From: Candidatus Kaiserbacteria bacterium
GTDB lineage: Bacteria; Patescibacteriota; Minisyncoccia; Phycocordibacterales; UBA2100
DNA length: 64,000 bases
Assembly (NCBI GenBank): GCA_963767115.1
Contig: CAVYCR010000012.1
Location: forward strand, 16,598 to 80,597
Direction of reading: 5' to 3'
Below, in pieces: positions 56,530 to 64,000 of the stretch; position 1 is the stretch's first letter; the number at the start of each line of letters is the position of its first letter. A program made the position numbers and the translations under genes. The notes beneath the pieces were generated by a model, which had not been told where the DNA came from, ran no database searches, and worked only from the letters and a program-made list of their open reading frames with translations.

Positions 56530-57165
56530 ATGAAAAAGCCGGATTATTTCGAATCGCTGAAAGTGCTTAAGAAAGACCCGTTTTTGGCACCGCTTATCAA
56601 GCTATACGGCGAGCCGGATATGCGCTGGGGAGAGCGTACGGTCGTCTTCGAATCACTGCTTCGCTCGATCATCTATCAACAGCTCTCAGGCCGTGCGGCA
56701 GGCGCAATACACGCACGAGTACTCGCCCTCTTCCCCAAAAATAAACCAACGCCTGAATTGCTTTTGAAGATTCGCGCGCCAAGGCTTCGCAAGGCGGGCC
56801 TCTCTGCGCAGAAAGTCGACTATGTGCGCGACCTCGCACACAAGTGCCTCGACGGCACGATCGACGAGAAGAAGCTACCCAAGATGTCGAGCGCGGAGAT
56901 CATCGAGCATCTCACTGCGGTGCATGGCGTGGGCGAGTGGACGGCGCACATGGTCCTGATATTCACCCTGCACCGGCCCGACATCCTCCCCATCGGCGAC
57001 CTCGGGATCCGCAAAGGCTTCCAAACAGTCTACAAGCTCAAAAAGCTGCCGGGCAAGAAAGAAATGCAAAAGCTCGCTAGTGAATGGTCCGCCCACGCCT
57101 CGATCGCCTCGTGGTACCTATGGCGGGTCGCTGACGAGGAGAAGTCTGCCAAGCGCGACAAATGA
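56530..57165 (+). CDS. HhH-GPD base-excision DNA glycosylase (AlkA-type 3-methyladenine glycosylase II)
   Basis: 211 aa. …SIIYQQLSGRAA…, HhH LTAVHGVGEWTAHMVLIF, and the catalytic Asp context PIGDLGIRKG. Confidence 0.7.
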   Translation: MKKPDYFESLKVLKKDPFLAPLIKLYGEPDMRWGERTVVFESLLRSIIYQQLSGRAAGAIHARVLALFPKNKPTPELLLKIRAPRLRKAGLSAQKVDYVRDLAHKCLDGTIDEKKLPKMSSAEIIEHLTAVHGVGEWTAHMVLIFTLHRPDILPIGDLGIRKGFQTVYKLKKLPGKKEMQKLASEWSAHASIASWYLWRVADEEKSAKRDK

Positions 57166-57167
57166 TC

Positions 57168-57563
57168 TTAGTTTGCCTTTGAGCGATTCTCAATTATTTT
57201 GTAGGCAAGCGCGAGCGCAAATGCTGCACTTTCCAGCTTCTCCCCTTGAATCGAATCAGGAAAGAATTCCTCATTTTCTTTGGCGATTTGTCGGCAGATA
57301 ATCTCCTGCTTGCCTTCTCGCGAAGAGCGGATTTCCTGCAATCGTGCTTCGACCACCGCGACCAATCTTTTGGTATCTTCTCCGTTATCTTTGAGTGCCC
57401 TTTCGGCCTGCGGAGCGAATTTATTTGCCAATTCAACAAAGGGAGTCTGATCCTCTTTGAGCACCAAGGCTTTTTCTGGTGTGCTCTTCCCTTTTCTATA
57501 CCACGGTATTTCCATTGACATAGCTCTATAAAAGCACGATCGCGAGGCAATGTAACCCTTCAA
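57168..57563 (-). CDS. hypothetical protein
   Basis: 131-aa ORF (true start may be the internal MSMEIPW…). Helical and charged; no family recognised. Confidence 0.35.
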   Translation of the reverse strand: MKGYIASRSCFYRAMSMEIPWYRKGKSTPEKALVLKEDQTPFVELANKFAPQAERALKDNGEDTKRLVAVVEARLQEIRSSREGKQEIICRQIAKENEEFFPDSIQGEKLESAAFALALAYKIIENRSKAN

Positions 57564-57619
57564 ATCGAATAAGCTAAAACTACCGAAAATCAGACCATTC
57601 TGCTATACTAGCCCCGTTG

Positions 57620-57692
57620 CGCGGTTAGCTCAGTTGGTAGAGCATCGTCTTGACGTGACGAGGGTCATAGGTTCGAGTCCTATACCGCGCAC
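57620..57692 (+). tRNA. tRNA-Val (anticodon GAC)
   Basis: Acceptor GCGCGGT/ACCGCGC, D-loop AGCTCAGTTGGTAGAGC, anticodon stem TCGTC/GACGA, loop UUGACGU, T-loop TTCGAGT. Confidence 0.9.
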
Positions 57693-57920
57693 AAACCGAC
57701 GACAGGCAGGTTTGTGCGAGCCGGAGGCCGGCGGGCCGAGGCGGGGTCGCGCAATTTTCCAGCAGGAAAATATGGGTGACCACAAGAATGAAAAAGAGTG
57801 CCTGCGCACTGTTTTTTCATTACCAGTGCGGGCCCGGAGCTATGTTTCGCCAGCAGGTGAAACCAGCGAGGCGGGGTCGCGGAAATTTTCGAGCGACGGC
57901 GAGAAAATTATCTGTGACCA
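57693..57920 (+). repeat. tRNA-trailer structured repeat, array D (units 57739-57782 and 57869-57920)
   Basis: Unit 1: GAGGCGGGGTCGCGC-aattttcCAGCAGgaaaatatgg-GTGACC. Unit 2: GAGGCGGGGTCGCGG-aaattttcgagcgacggcgagaaaattatc-TGTGACC. Each is preceded by its own hairpin (e.g. GTTTCgCCAGCAGgTGAAAC). Confidence 0.75.
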
Positions 57921-57943
57921 CAAGGTCTACAAAATTCCATAGA

Positions 57944-57966
57944 AAAAGCCGCGCGTGAGCGCGGCC
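57944..57966 (-). terminator. intrinsic terminator of the minus-strand gene 57976..58392
   Basis: GCCGCGC-gtga-GCGCGGC. On the minus strand it is followed by TTTTT. Confidence 0.55.
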
Positions 57967-57975
57967 CTCGAGTTT

Positions 57976-58392
57976 CTACGCCGACTGAGTTCCTGACGGC
58001 GCCGTCTTTTTCAAGACAAAACGTTTTAGCAACGGCCAAACGAGGAACAGAAATGCGAGTGCGAGAAGCGTGCATGCAACTCTGACGGAAACGAATATAG
58101 TAGTTAGAAATATATACCTCATCAACAGAGGCTTGTATGACCTCTCATCGTAATGAGCAGCCGGCATGATGTCTGATAGAGCGATCAGAGGCGGAGTATA
58201 AGAATCATCGCATCCGCCGCTTACCGGGAAGAGAATCGTTCGGATAATGTTCCAAACGCGACCCTTCCTGCCGTATGATTTCTGGGTCAGGATCGCGATA
58301 CACGGCCCAAGGCATGTGCAGATTTCCACATAACGAAGCAGATACGTCAGCATATGAGACACCATGATTAACCTCCCTGTTGCTACCAACAT
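57976..58392 (-). CDS. membrane protein (hypothetical)
   Basis: 138-aa ORF with hydrophobic N- and C-terminal helices and a terminator downstream. Confidence 0.35.
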   Translation of the reverse strand: MLVATGRLIMVSHMLTYLLRYVEICTCLGPCIAILTQKSYGRKGRVWNIIRTILFPVSGGCDDSYTPPLIALSDIMPAAHYDERSYKPLLMRYIFLTTIFVSVRVACTLLALAFLFLVWPLLKRFVLKKTAPSGTQSA

Positions 58393-58459
58393 AATACCAC
58401 ACTATCTATTTTATGACAAATGAAAACCCCGCCACGCGTATATCGCTTGAATACAAGCT

Positions 58460-60241
58460 TTATTCCTCATCCTTCAAGAACCCTCCCGCCTGTATGCTCC
58501 AAAGCTTCTGATAGAGCCCGTCTTCCTTGAGAAGCTCGGTGTGCGTGCCCTGCGCCGCGATCTTGCCTTCTTCGATAACGAGAATGCGGTCCATGTTCCT
58601 GATGGTCGAGAGACGGTGCGCGATCACGAGCGTCGTGCGGCCCTGCATGAGCGTGCGCAGAGAATCTTGAATGAATGATTCGGATTCGCTATCGAGGCTC
58701 GAGGTCGCTTCGTCCAAGACGAGGATCGGCGCGTTTTTAAGTATTGCGCGGGCGATAGCGACGCGCTGACGCTCGCCGCCCGAGAGCTTCACGCCGCGCT
58801 CACCGACGAAGGTGTTGTAGCCCTCGGGCAGCTGCGCGATGAATTCATGACAATGCGCTTTCTTGGCGGCTTCTATCACCTCTTCGTCGCTTGCATCGCG
58901 CCTGCCATAGCGGATGTTTTCTAAGAGAGAGCGGTGGAAAAGTATCGGCTCCTGCGGCACAAATGCGATCGCGTTGCGCAGACTTTCCTGCGTCACTTGA
59001 GCGATATTTTGCCCGTCGATCTCGATCGTACCACTCTTTACGTCGTAGAAACGAAGCAAGAGCCGCGTGATCGTCGATTTACCCGCACCAGAGTGCCCTA
59101 CTAAAGCGATCTTCTCGCCGCCCTGCACTGAGAGGTTGAAACCGGTAAGGATCGGGCGTTCGGGGTTGAAGAAGAAGCCGACGTCTTTGAAATCCACCCC
59201 TCCTTTGGGCACGACAAGTGCGGGAGCGTCTGGTATATCGTGTATCTCGTGCTCAAGGTCGAGGATCTCGACCATTTCCGTGGCATTGGCGAATGCATCA
59301 TAAAACCGACGCAATTGTTGCCCGACACTACCGCAGACATTGAACGTGCCGATGAGATACGTCTGGATCAGTACGAAATCACCGATCGTGAGCTGCCCGC
59401 GTTCCCAGAAGGCGAGCGCGCCAAAAAGCAGCACGACGTTGATACCGACCATGAAAAACGCTTGCGAGCCCCACATGTACTCTTCTGCATTCCACGAACG
59501 AACCGTCGAATCCTGCCATCGCTCGACAAAGCCCTTGAACAACGCGTATTCATAGGCGATGCCCGCAAACATCACGACGGTGTTTTGGTTTGAGATGGCG
59601 TCTGAGAGCGCGCCCACCATCGCACTGTCGTCGGCCGAACGCTTGACACGCAGCGGCTGGCGCAGCTTGGAGACATAGATCTGAAACCAGATGAAAAGTA
59701 CGACCCAGACCGCGAGTACGAAGCCGAGCAAGTGGTTGCTCAGAAAGAGAATGCCCACCGCGCCAATGACGAAGACAGCCGACGGCAAGAAAGTCTGGAA
59801 GAAGACATCGAAAATAGTTTCAAACGCGTCGGAGAATTTGGAGACGCGTCGCGTAAGCGTGCCGGCGAAATGCGACGTGAAGAAGAAATACGAGTGCCCG
59901 AGAAGGTATTGAAACGCGGTGAGATACAGATCCGGCATTACGGCCGTCTCGAGATCAATGGTGGCGAAAATCTGAAGGCGCAAAAATGCCCAAGCGACAA
60001 AAGACGCAAGCCCGATCAAAGCGATCACGATTACCAAATGATGATTGGTATCCGCGGAAGGAGTGCCGCTCGCGAGCGTATTGAAAAGATCACGCATATA
60101 AAGCGGGCTGATGAGGCTCGCTACCTGCGTACCGATCGTGCCAATGACGACGAGTATGCTTGCGATCGGGTGCTTGCCGACTTCACGCAAATACATGCGC
60201 AACACATTGAGGTCAGAAACTGCTGTCTTGTCTGTTGCCAT
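58460..60241 (-). CDS. ABC exporter, fused permease/ATPase (MsbA-like)
   Basis: 593 aa. Six-TM N-terminal domain, Walker A GHSGAGKST, signature LSGGERQR, Walker B ILVLDEATS. Confidence 0.85.
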   Translation of the reverse strand: MATDKTAVSDLNVLRMYLREVGKHPIASILVVIGTIGTQVASLISPLYMRDLFNTLASGTPSADTNHHLVIVIALIGLASFVAWAFLRLQIFATIDLETAVMPDLYLTAFQYLLGHSYFFFTSHFAGTLTRRVSKFSDAFETIFDVFFQTFLPSAVFVIGAVGILFLSNHLLGFVLAVWVVLFIWFQIYVSKLRQPLRVKRSADDSAMVGALSDAISNQNTVVMFAGIAYEYALFKGFVERWQDSTVRSWNAEEYMWGSQAFFMVGINVVLLFGALAFWERGQLTIGDFVLIQTYLIGTFNVCGSVGQQLRRFYDAFANATEMVEILDLEHEIHDIPDAPALVVPKGGVDFKDVGFFFNPERPILTGFNLSVQGGEKIALVGHSGAGKSTITRLLLRFYDVKSGTIEIDGQNIAQVTQESLRNAIAFVPQEPILFHRSLLENIRYGRRDASDEEVIEAAKKAHCHEFIAQLPEGYNTFVGERGVKLSGGERQRVAIARAILKNAPILVLDEATSSLDSESESFIQDSLRTLMQGRTTLVIAHRLSTIRNMDRILVIEEGKIAAQGTHTELLKEDGLYQKLWSIQAGGFLKDEE

Positions 60242-60286
60242 TTCCTCACTCTAGCGCACACTACGACTTCAAGCTATAACGATGAT

Positions 60287-61465
60287 ATGAAAGTACTTGG
60301 GATAGAGACGAGTTGCGACGAGACAGGGGTCTGCATAATCGACGCGCAGGGCAACTTCGGCGCGGATTTCTCATACCAAATACTCGGCAATGCGCTCTAC
60401 AGCCAGGTCGCCATACACGCGCCGTACGGCGGCGTCTTCCCCAACCTCGCCAAGCGCGAGCACGCCAAGAACCTCGTCCCGCTCATGAGCCAAGCGCTTG
60501 ATCAGGCAGGACTTCTCCGGCGCAGAGGTCAGACCTCTGCAGGCACGGAAGAAGAAGCGCGGTTGATAGTGCCGGAGATCCTAGCGCGCGAGCCCGAGCT
60601 GCTCGAGCAATGGGAAGTGTTTTTTAGAGAGTACGAGAAGCCCGACATCGACTGCATTGCGGTCACACACGGGCCGGGGCTCGAGCCTGCGCTCTGGGTC
60701 GGTGTGAACTTCGCTCGCTCGCTTGCGCTCAACTGGGGCGTGCCGCTCGTCGCAGTCAACCACATGGAAGGACACGTGGTGATGTCGATGATGCAGGATG
60801 ATCATCTTGGTGAATTTGAATTCCCTGTGCTTTCATTACTCATCTCCGGCGGCCACACCGAGCTCGTTTTGTCGCAAGGCTGGCTGCAGTACGAGCTTCT
60901 TGGTGCCACCCGCGACGACGCGGTCGGCGAGGCATTCGACAAAGTCGCGCGCCTGCTCGACCTTCCCTACCCCGGCGGCCCCGAGATCTCGCGCCTCGCG
61001 AAAGAAGCTCGAGAACTCGAGCAAGGCGAAACCTTGCTCAAATTCACGCCGCCGATGTTGCATAGTGGCGATTATGATTTCTCATTCTCGGGCCTCAAGA
61101 CTGAGGTGCGCAAATATGTCGAGCAACATGCACCACTTGCTGATGATATGAAAAAAGAAATTGCCTGCGCTTTCGAGAATGCTGTAGCCGAAGTGCTCGT
61201 AGAGAAAACCATGAAAGCAGGCGACGAGTTTGGCGCACAATCGATCCTCGTGGGCGGCGGCGTCTCTGCCAACACCTACATTCGCCATCGCCTCGCTGAA
61301 GCGATTCGTAAAGCCCCGGCCTTTACAAAATTATTGATCCCGCCGGCACAGCTCGCGACGGACAACGCCCTCATGATCGCGCTTGCCGGCTATTTCCATG
61401 CAATCAAAGGCGATCTCGCCGACCCCCAGACGCTCAAAGCAAACGGTAATTTACGTCTCGCATAG
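60287..61465 (+). CDS. tsaD: tRNA N6-adenosine threonylcarbamoyltransferase
   Basis: Start at ATG 60287 (MKVLGIETSCDETGVCII…). …VNHMEGHV… and …GGGVSAN… The upstream part of the 577-aa ORF is antisense to the ABC exporter. Confidence 0.85.
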   Translation: MKVLGIETSCDETGVCIIDAQGNFGADFSYQILGNALYSQVAIHAPYGGVFPNLAKREHAKNLVPLMSQALDQAGLLRRRGQTSAGTEEEARLIVPEILAREPELLEQWEVFFREYEKPDIDCIAVTHGPGLEPALWVGVNFARSLALNWGVPLVAVNHMEGHVVMSMMQDDHLGEFEFPVLSLLISGGHTELVLSQGWLQYELLGATRDDAVGEAFDKVARLLDLPYPGGPEISRLAKEARELEQGETLLKFTPPMLHSGDYDFSFSGLKTEVRKYVEQHAPLADDMKKEIACAFENAVAEVLVEKTMKAGDEFGAQSILVGGGVSANTYIRHRLAEAIRKAPAFTKLLIPPAQLATDNALMIALAGYFHAIKGDLADPQTLKANGNLRLA

Positions 61466-61493
61466 ATGGCCATCACTGTGCTAAAGTGAAGCA

Positions 61494-63629
61494 ATGGAGC
61501 CACAAAAGTCAGTTCCCGAGGCATTTCTCAAGCCCTATAATCCTCAGGAAAATGAGGACGCGATATATACGCTTTGGAACGACAGCGGTTATTTTAATCC
61601 CGACAACCTTCCCGGAAACAGGAGCGAGCCATTTACCATCATCATGCCGCCGCCAAACGCCAACGGCTCGTTGCACGCCGGCCATGCGCTTTTCGTTACG
61701 CTGCAAGACATCATGATCCGCTTCGCCCGTATGAGGGGCAAGAGGGCGATGTGGGTGCCGGGCGCTGATCACGCAGGATTTGAGACGCAGGTCGTGTACG
61801 AAAAGAAATTGGAAAAAGAAGGCCGTTCGCGCTTCGACATGAAGCCTGATGAGCTTTACAAGGAGATTCTTGATTTCACACTTGAAAATAAATCATTCAT
61901 GGAGGGCCAGATCCGTCAGCTCGGTGCGAGCTGCGATTGGTCGCGCGAAGTATTCACCCTCGACGAGCGCGTGATCCGCACCGTTTACGACACGTTTCAG
62001 AAACTTTCTGATGACGGCTTGCTCTATCGCGGCGAGCGCATCGTCAACTGGTGCCCGAAGCACCAGACGTCGCTGAGCAATCTTGAGACCGAGCGTGAGA
62101 CGCGCACGGATCCTTTCTACTACCTCACATACGGACCATTCACGATTGCCACCGCGCGCCCCGAGACGAAGTTTGGCGACAAGTACGTGGTCATTCACCC
62201 CGACGATCCGCGTTACGCGCAATACAAAGACGGCGATGTCTTCGATCTTGAATGGATCAACGGCCCTATCAAGGCCACACTCATCAAAGACGACGTAATC
62301 GACACGGCGCTCGGCACTGGTGCAATGACGATCACGCCCTGGCACGACCCTATCGACTTCGAGATCGCGCAGCGGCATCACTTGCCCTACGAACAGGTCA
62401 TCGATTGGCGCGGCAAATTACTTCCTATCGCAGGAGAATTCGCCGGTATGAACATCAAGGAGGCACGCGGCAAGATCATCGAGAAACTGCAGAGCAAAGG
62501 CCTCGTCGAGAAAATCGATGACAAATACGTGCACGAAGTGCCGGTCTGCTACAAATGCGGTCGCGAGATCGAGCCGCAGGTGCGCCCGCAGTGGTTCGTG
62601 AATATGAAGCCGCTTGCCGCGCGCGCGATCGAAGCGGTAAAGAGCAAAGAGGTGCATGTACTTACCGAAAACCATGAACGAATCCTCTTGAATTGGCTCG
62701 GAAACATCCAGGATTGGAATATTTCCCGCCAGATCGTCTGGGGCATTCCGATCCCTGCGTGGCAAAAAGGCGATGAATGGAAGATCGGCGAGGAGTGCCC
62801 CGGCGAAGGCTGGACGCGCGATCCCGATACCTTCGACACATGGTTCTCATCGGGCCAATGGCCTTTTACTACGCTCGGATATCCCGACCACAGCGATTTC
62901 AAAACGTATTATCCGACTTCAGTAATGGAAACGGCCGCCGACATCCTCTTCTTCTGGGTAGCGCGCATGATCATGCTCGGGCTGTATCGCACGGGCCAAG
63001 TCCCCTTCAAATACGTGTACTTGCACGGGCTCGTGCGTGATGCTAAAGGCATCAAGATGAGCAAATCGAAGGGCAACGTGATCTCGCCACTCGAAGTATC
63101 AAATGAATACGGCACCGATGCACTGCGCATGGGACTTATCGTAGGCAATACACCCGGCACCGACCTCAACCTCGATACGCGCAAGATCGGCGCGTACAAG
63201 AAGTTCGCCAACAAGCTCTGGAACGTCACTCGCTTCGTCCTGACTGCAAGCGCTCCTTTTGACCTTTCGACTCACCCGCCTCTTACGGAGAGTGATGATG
63301 CGCTCTACAAGCAATTCGAGGGCATCGCAATCGATATCACGGCCGACATCGACAACTTCCGCTTCCACTTGGCTGCCGAGAAGATTTACCATTATATCTG
63401 GCACAATTTCGCCGATGAGATCATCGAGACAAGCAAGCCGGTGCTCGATACCGGCACCGCTGAGGAGAAAACTTCTCGCGCATGCCTGTTGTATATGATC
63501 CTGCGCGATTCGCTCAAGCTTCTGCACCCTTTCATGCCCTTCGTCACCGAGGCCATCTGGCAGCAATTGCCGTATAAGGATTCGGATTTATTGATGGTAG
63601 CCGAGTGGCCCGCAAAATCGGGCTCATAG
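61494..63629 (+). CDS. valS: valine--tRNA ligase (short form without long C-terminal coiled coil)
   Basis: 711 aa. HIGH-type PPPNANGSLHAGHAL, …VPGADHAGFETQ…, …NWCPKHQTSLSNLE…, and KMSKSKGN. Confidence 0.85.
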   Translation: MEPQKSVPEAFLKPYNPQENEDAIYTLWNDSGYFNPDNLPGNRSEPFTIIMPPPNANGSLHAGHALFVTLQDIMIRFARMRGKRAMWVPGADHAGFETQVVYEKKLEKEGRSRFDMKPDELYKEILDFTLENKSFMEGQIRQLGASCDWSREVFTLDERVIRTVYDTFQKLSDDGLLYRGERIVNWCPKHQTSLSNLETERETRTDPFYYLTYGPFTIATARPETKFGDKYVVIHPDDPRYAQYKDGDVFDLEWINGPIKATLIKDDVIDTALGTGAMTITPWHDPIDFEIAQRHHLPYEQVIDWRGKLLPIAGEFAGMNIKEARGKIIEKLQSKGLVEKIDDKYVHEVPVCYKCGREIEPQVRPQWFVNMKPLAARAIEAVKSKEVHVLTENHERILLNWLGNIQDWNISRQIVWGIPIPAWQKGDEWKIGEECPGEGWTRDPDTFDTWFSSGQWPFTTLGYPDHSDFKTYYPTSVMETAADILFFWVARMIMLGLYRTGQVPFKYVYLHGLVRDAKGIKMSKSKGNVISPLEVSNEYGTDALRMGLIVGNTPGTDLNLDTRKIGAYKKFANKLWNVTRFVLTASAPFDLSTHPPLTESDDALYKQFEGIAIDITADIDNFRFHLAAEKIYHYIWHNFADEIIETSKPVLDTGTAEEKTSRACLLYMILRDSLKLLHPFMPFVTEAIWQQLPYKDSDLLMVAEWPAKSGS

Positions 63630-63744
63630 GTATTTCGAACCTCGCCTGCGAAATCAACAGCACTACAGGGTACGGCCGTAGTGGGGTGCATAGCATTGTA
63701 CTCATAGTACGGTTCGCAAATACCTATGAGCCCGATTTTGCGGG
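63610..63744. repeat. long inverted repeat overlapping the valS stop codon
   Basis: CCCGCAAAATCGGGCTCATAGGTATTT(G)CGAACC at 63610-63642 pairs with 63711-63744 (one indel). Shares the GGTATTTGCGAACC string with the 43.9-kb element. Confidence 0.7.
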
Positions 63745-63759
63745 CTATAATGGCACTCA

Positions 63760-64000
63760 ATGGACATAAACTGGACCTCGATAGCCTGGTCTGCCACCGG
63801 GGGCATCATCCCCGCACTCTTGTGGCTGTGGTTCTGGCTGCGCGAGGACAGCAAAAGGCCGGAACCGCGCCGATTGATCGCGCTCGCTTTCTTTGCCGGC
63901 ATGTGTACCGTGGTCGTCGCCATGCCTGTCGAGCAATACGTGCAGCTCTACATCTCCAACCAAACCGAGCTTTTTAGCGCTTGGTCGGCTATCGAGGAGA
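63760..64000 (+). CDS. PrsW-family intramembrane protease, N-terminal part; runs off the right window edge
   Basis: Hand translation from ATG 63760: MDINWTSIAWSATGGIIPALLWLWFWLREDSKRPEPRRLIALAFFAGMCTVVVAMPVEQYV… stays open to the window end. The W..…ED…PEP…L…F..G pattern is typical of PrsW. Confidence 0.5.
   Translation, partial: MDINWTSIAWSATGGIIPALLWLWFWLREDSKRPEPRRLIALAFFAGMCTVVVAMPVEQYVQLYISNQTELFSAWSAIEE

Noticed and set aside
59732-61465. 577-aa ORF spanning the ABC-exporter/tsaD junction
   Set aside because: Its first roughly 185 codons are antisense to the ABC exporter and have junk composition. TsaD homology begins at MKVLGIETSCDET (ATG 60287).

Overview
The window is about 55-60% GC, with a few AT-rich patches. 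Gene content looks like a small-genome, CPR/Parcubacteria-like bacterium; that placement is inferred from short IF-2, T4SS-pilin-like paralogs, a four-helix-bundle gene and a CPR-style large serine recombinase. Housekeeping genes present are rpmG, clpB, a cysteine desulfurase, infB-rbfA, gyrA, rpsA, pth, lepB, rpsU-ybeY-ftsA-ftsZ-trxB, panD, tsaD and valS. There are 9 tRNA genes. The window also carries cell-envelope and secreted proteins: an S53 peptidase giant, a glycoside hydrolase, fasciclins, a DsbA/DsbB/DipZ module and six TrbC/VirB2-like pilin paralogs. Main non-routine observations: (1) A textbook DGR template/variable repeat pair (17 of 17 mismatches at template adenines) lies at the 3' end of a 242-aa gene. 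It sits inside a decayed roughly 3.6-kb element integrated at tRNA-Lys, and no reverse transcriptase is visible. (2) A structured repeat family (GAGGCGGGGTCGCG - AT-rich hairpin - GTGACC, with compensatory stem changes) trails five tRNA genes. One copy is bracketed by a 22-bp duplication of the tRNA-Cys 3' end. (3) A second family consists of roughly 120-nt elements with 30-37 bp near-perfect inverted arms and a conserved core. They sit in the intergenic spacers of essential operons and are co-oriented with transcription. (4) Two HUH/Y1 (RAYT/IS200-like) transposase cassettes each carry their own REP hairpins, and a REP-like palindrome lies inside the tsaD CDS. (5) Frameshifts are very unevenly distributed: clpB, gyrA, ftsZ, rpsA, infB, trxB and one S53 paralog are broken, while many long ORFs are intact. 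This is most simply an assembly or polishing artefact, but it needs read-level checking. All calls come from hand translation and folding plus the supplied ORF track. No database searches were run.
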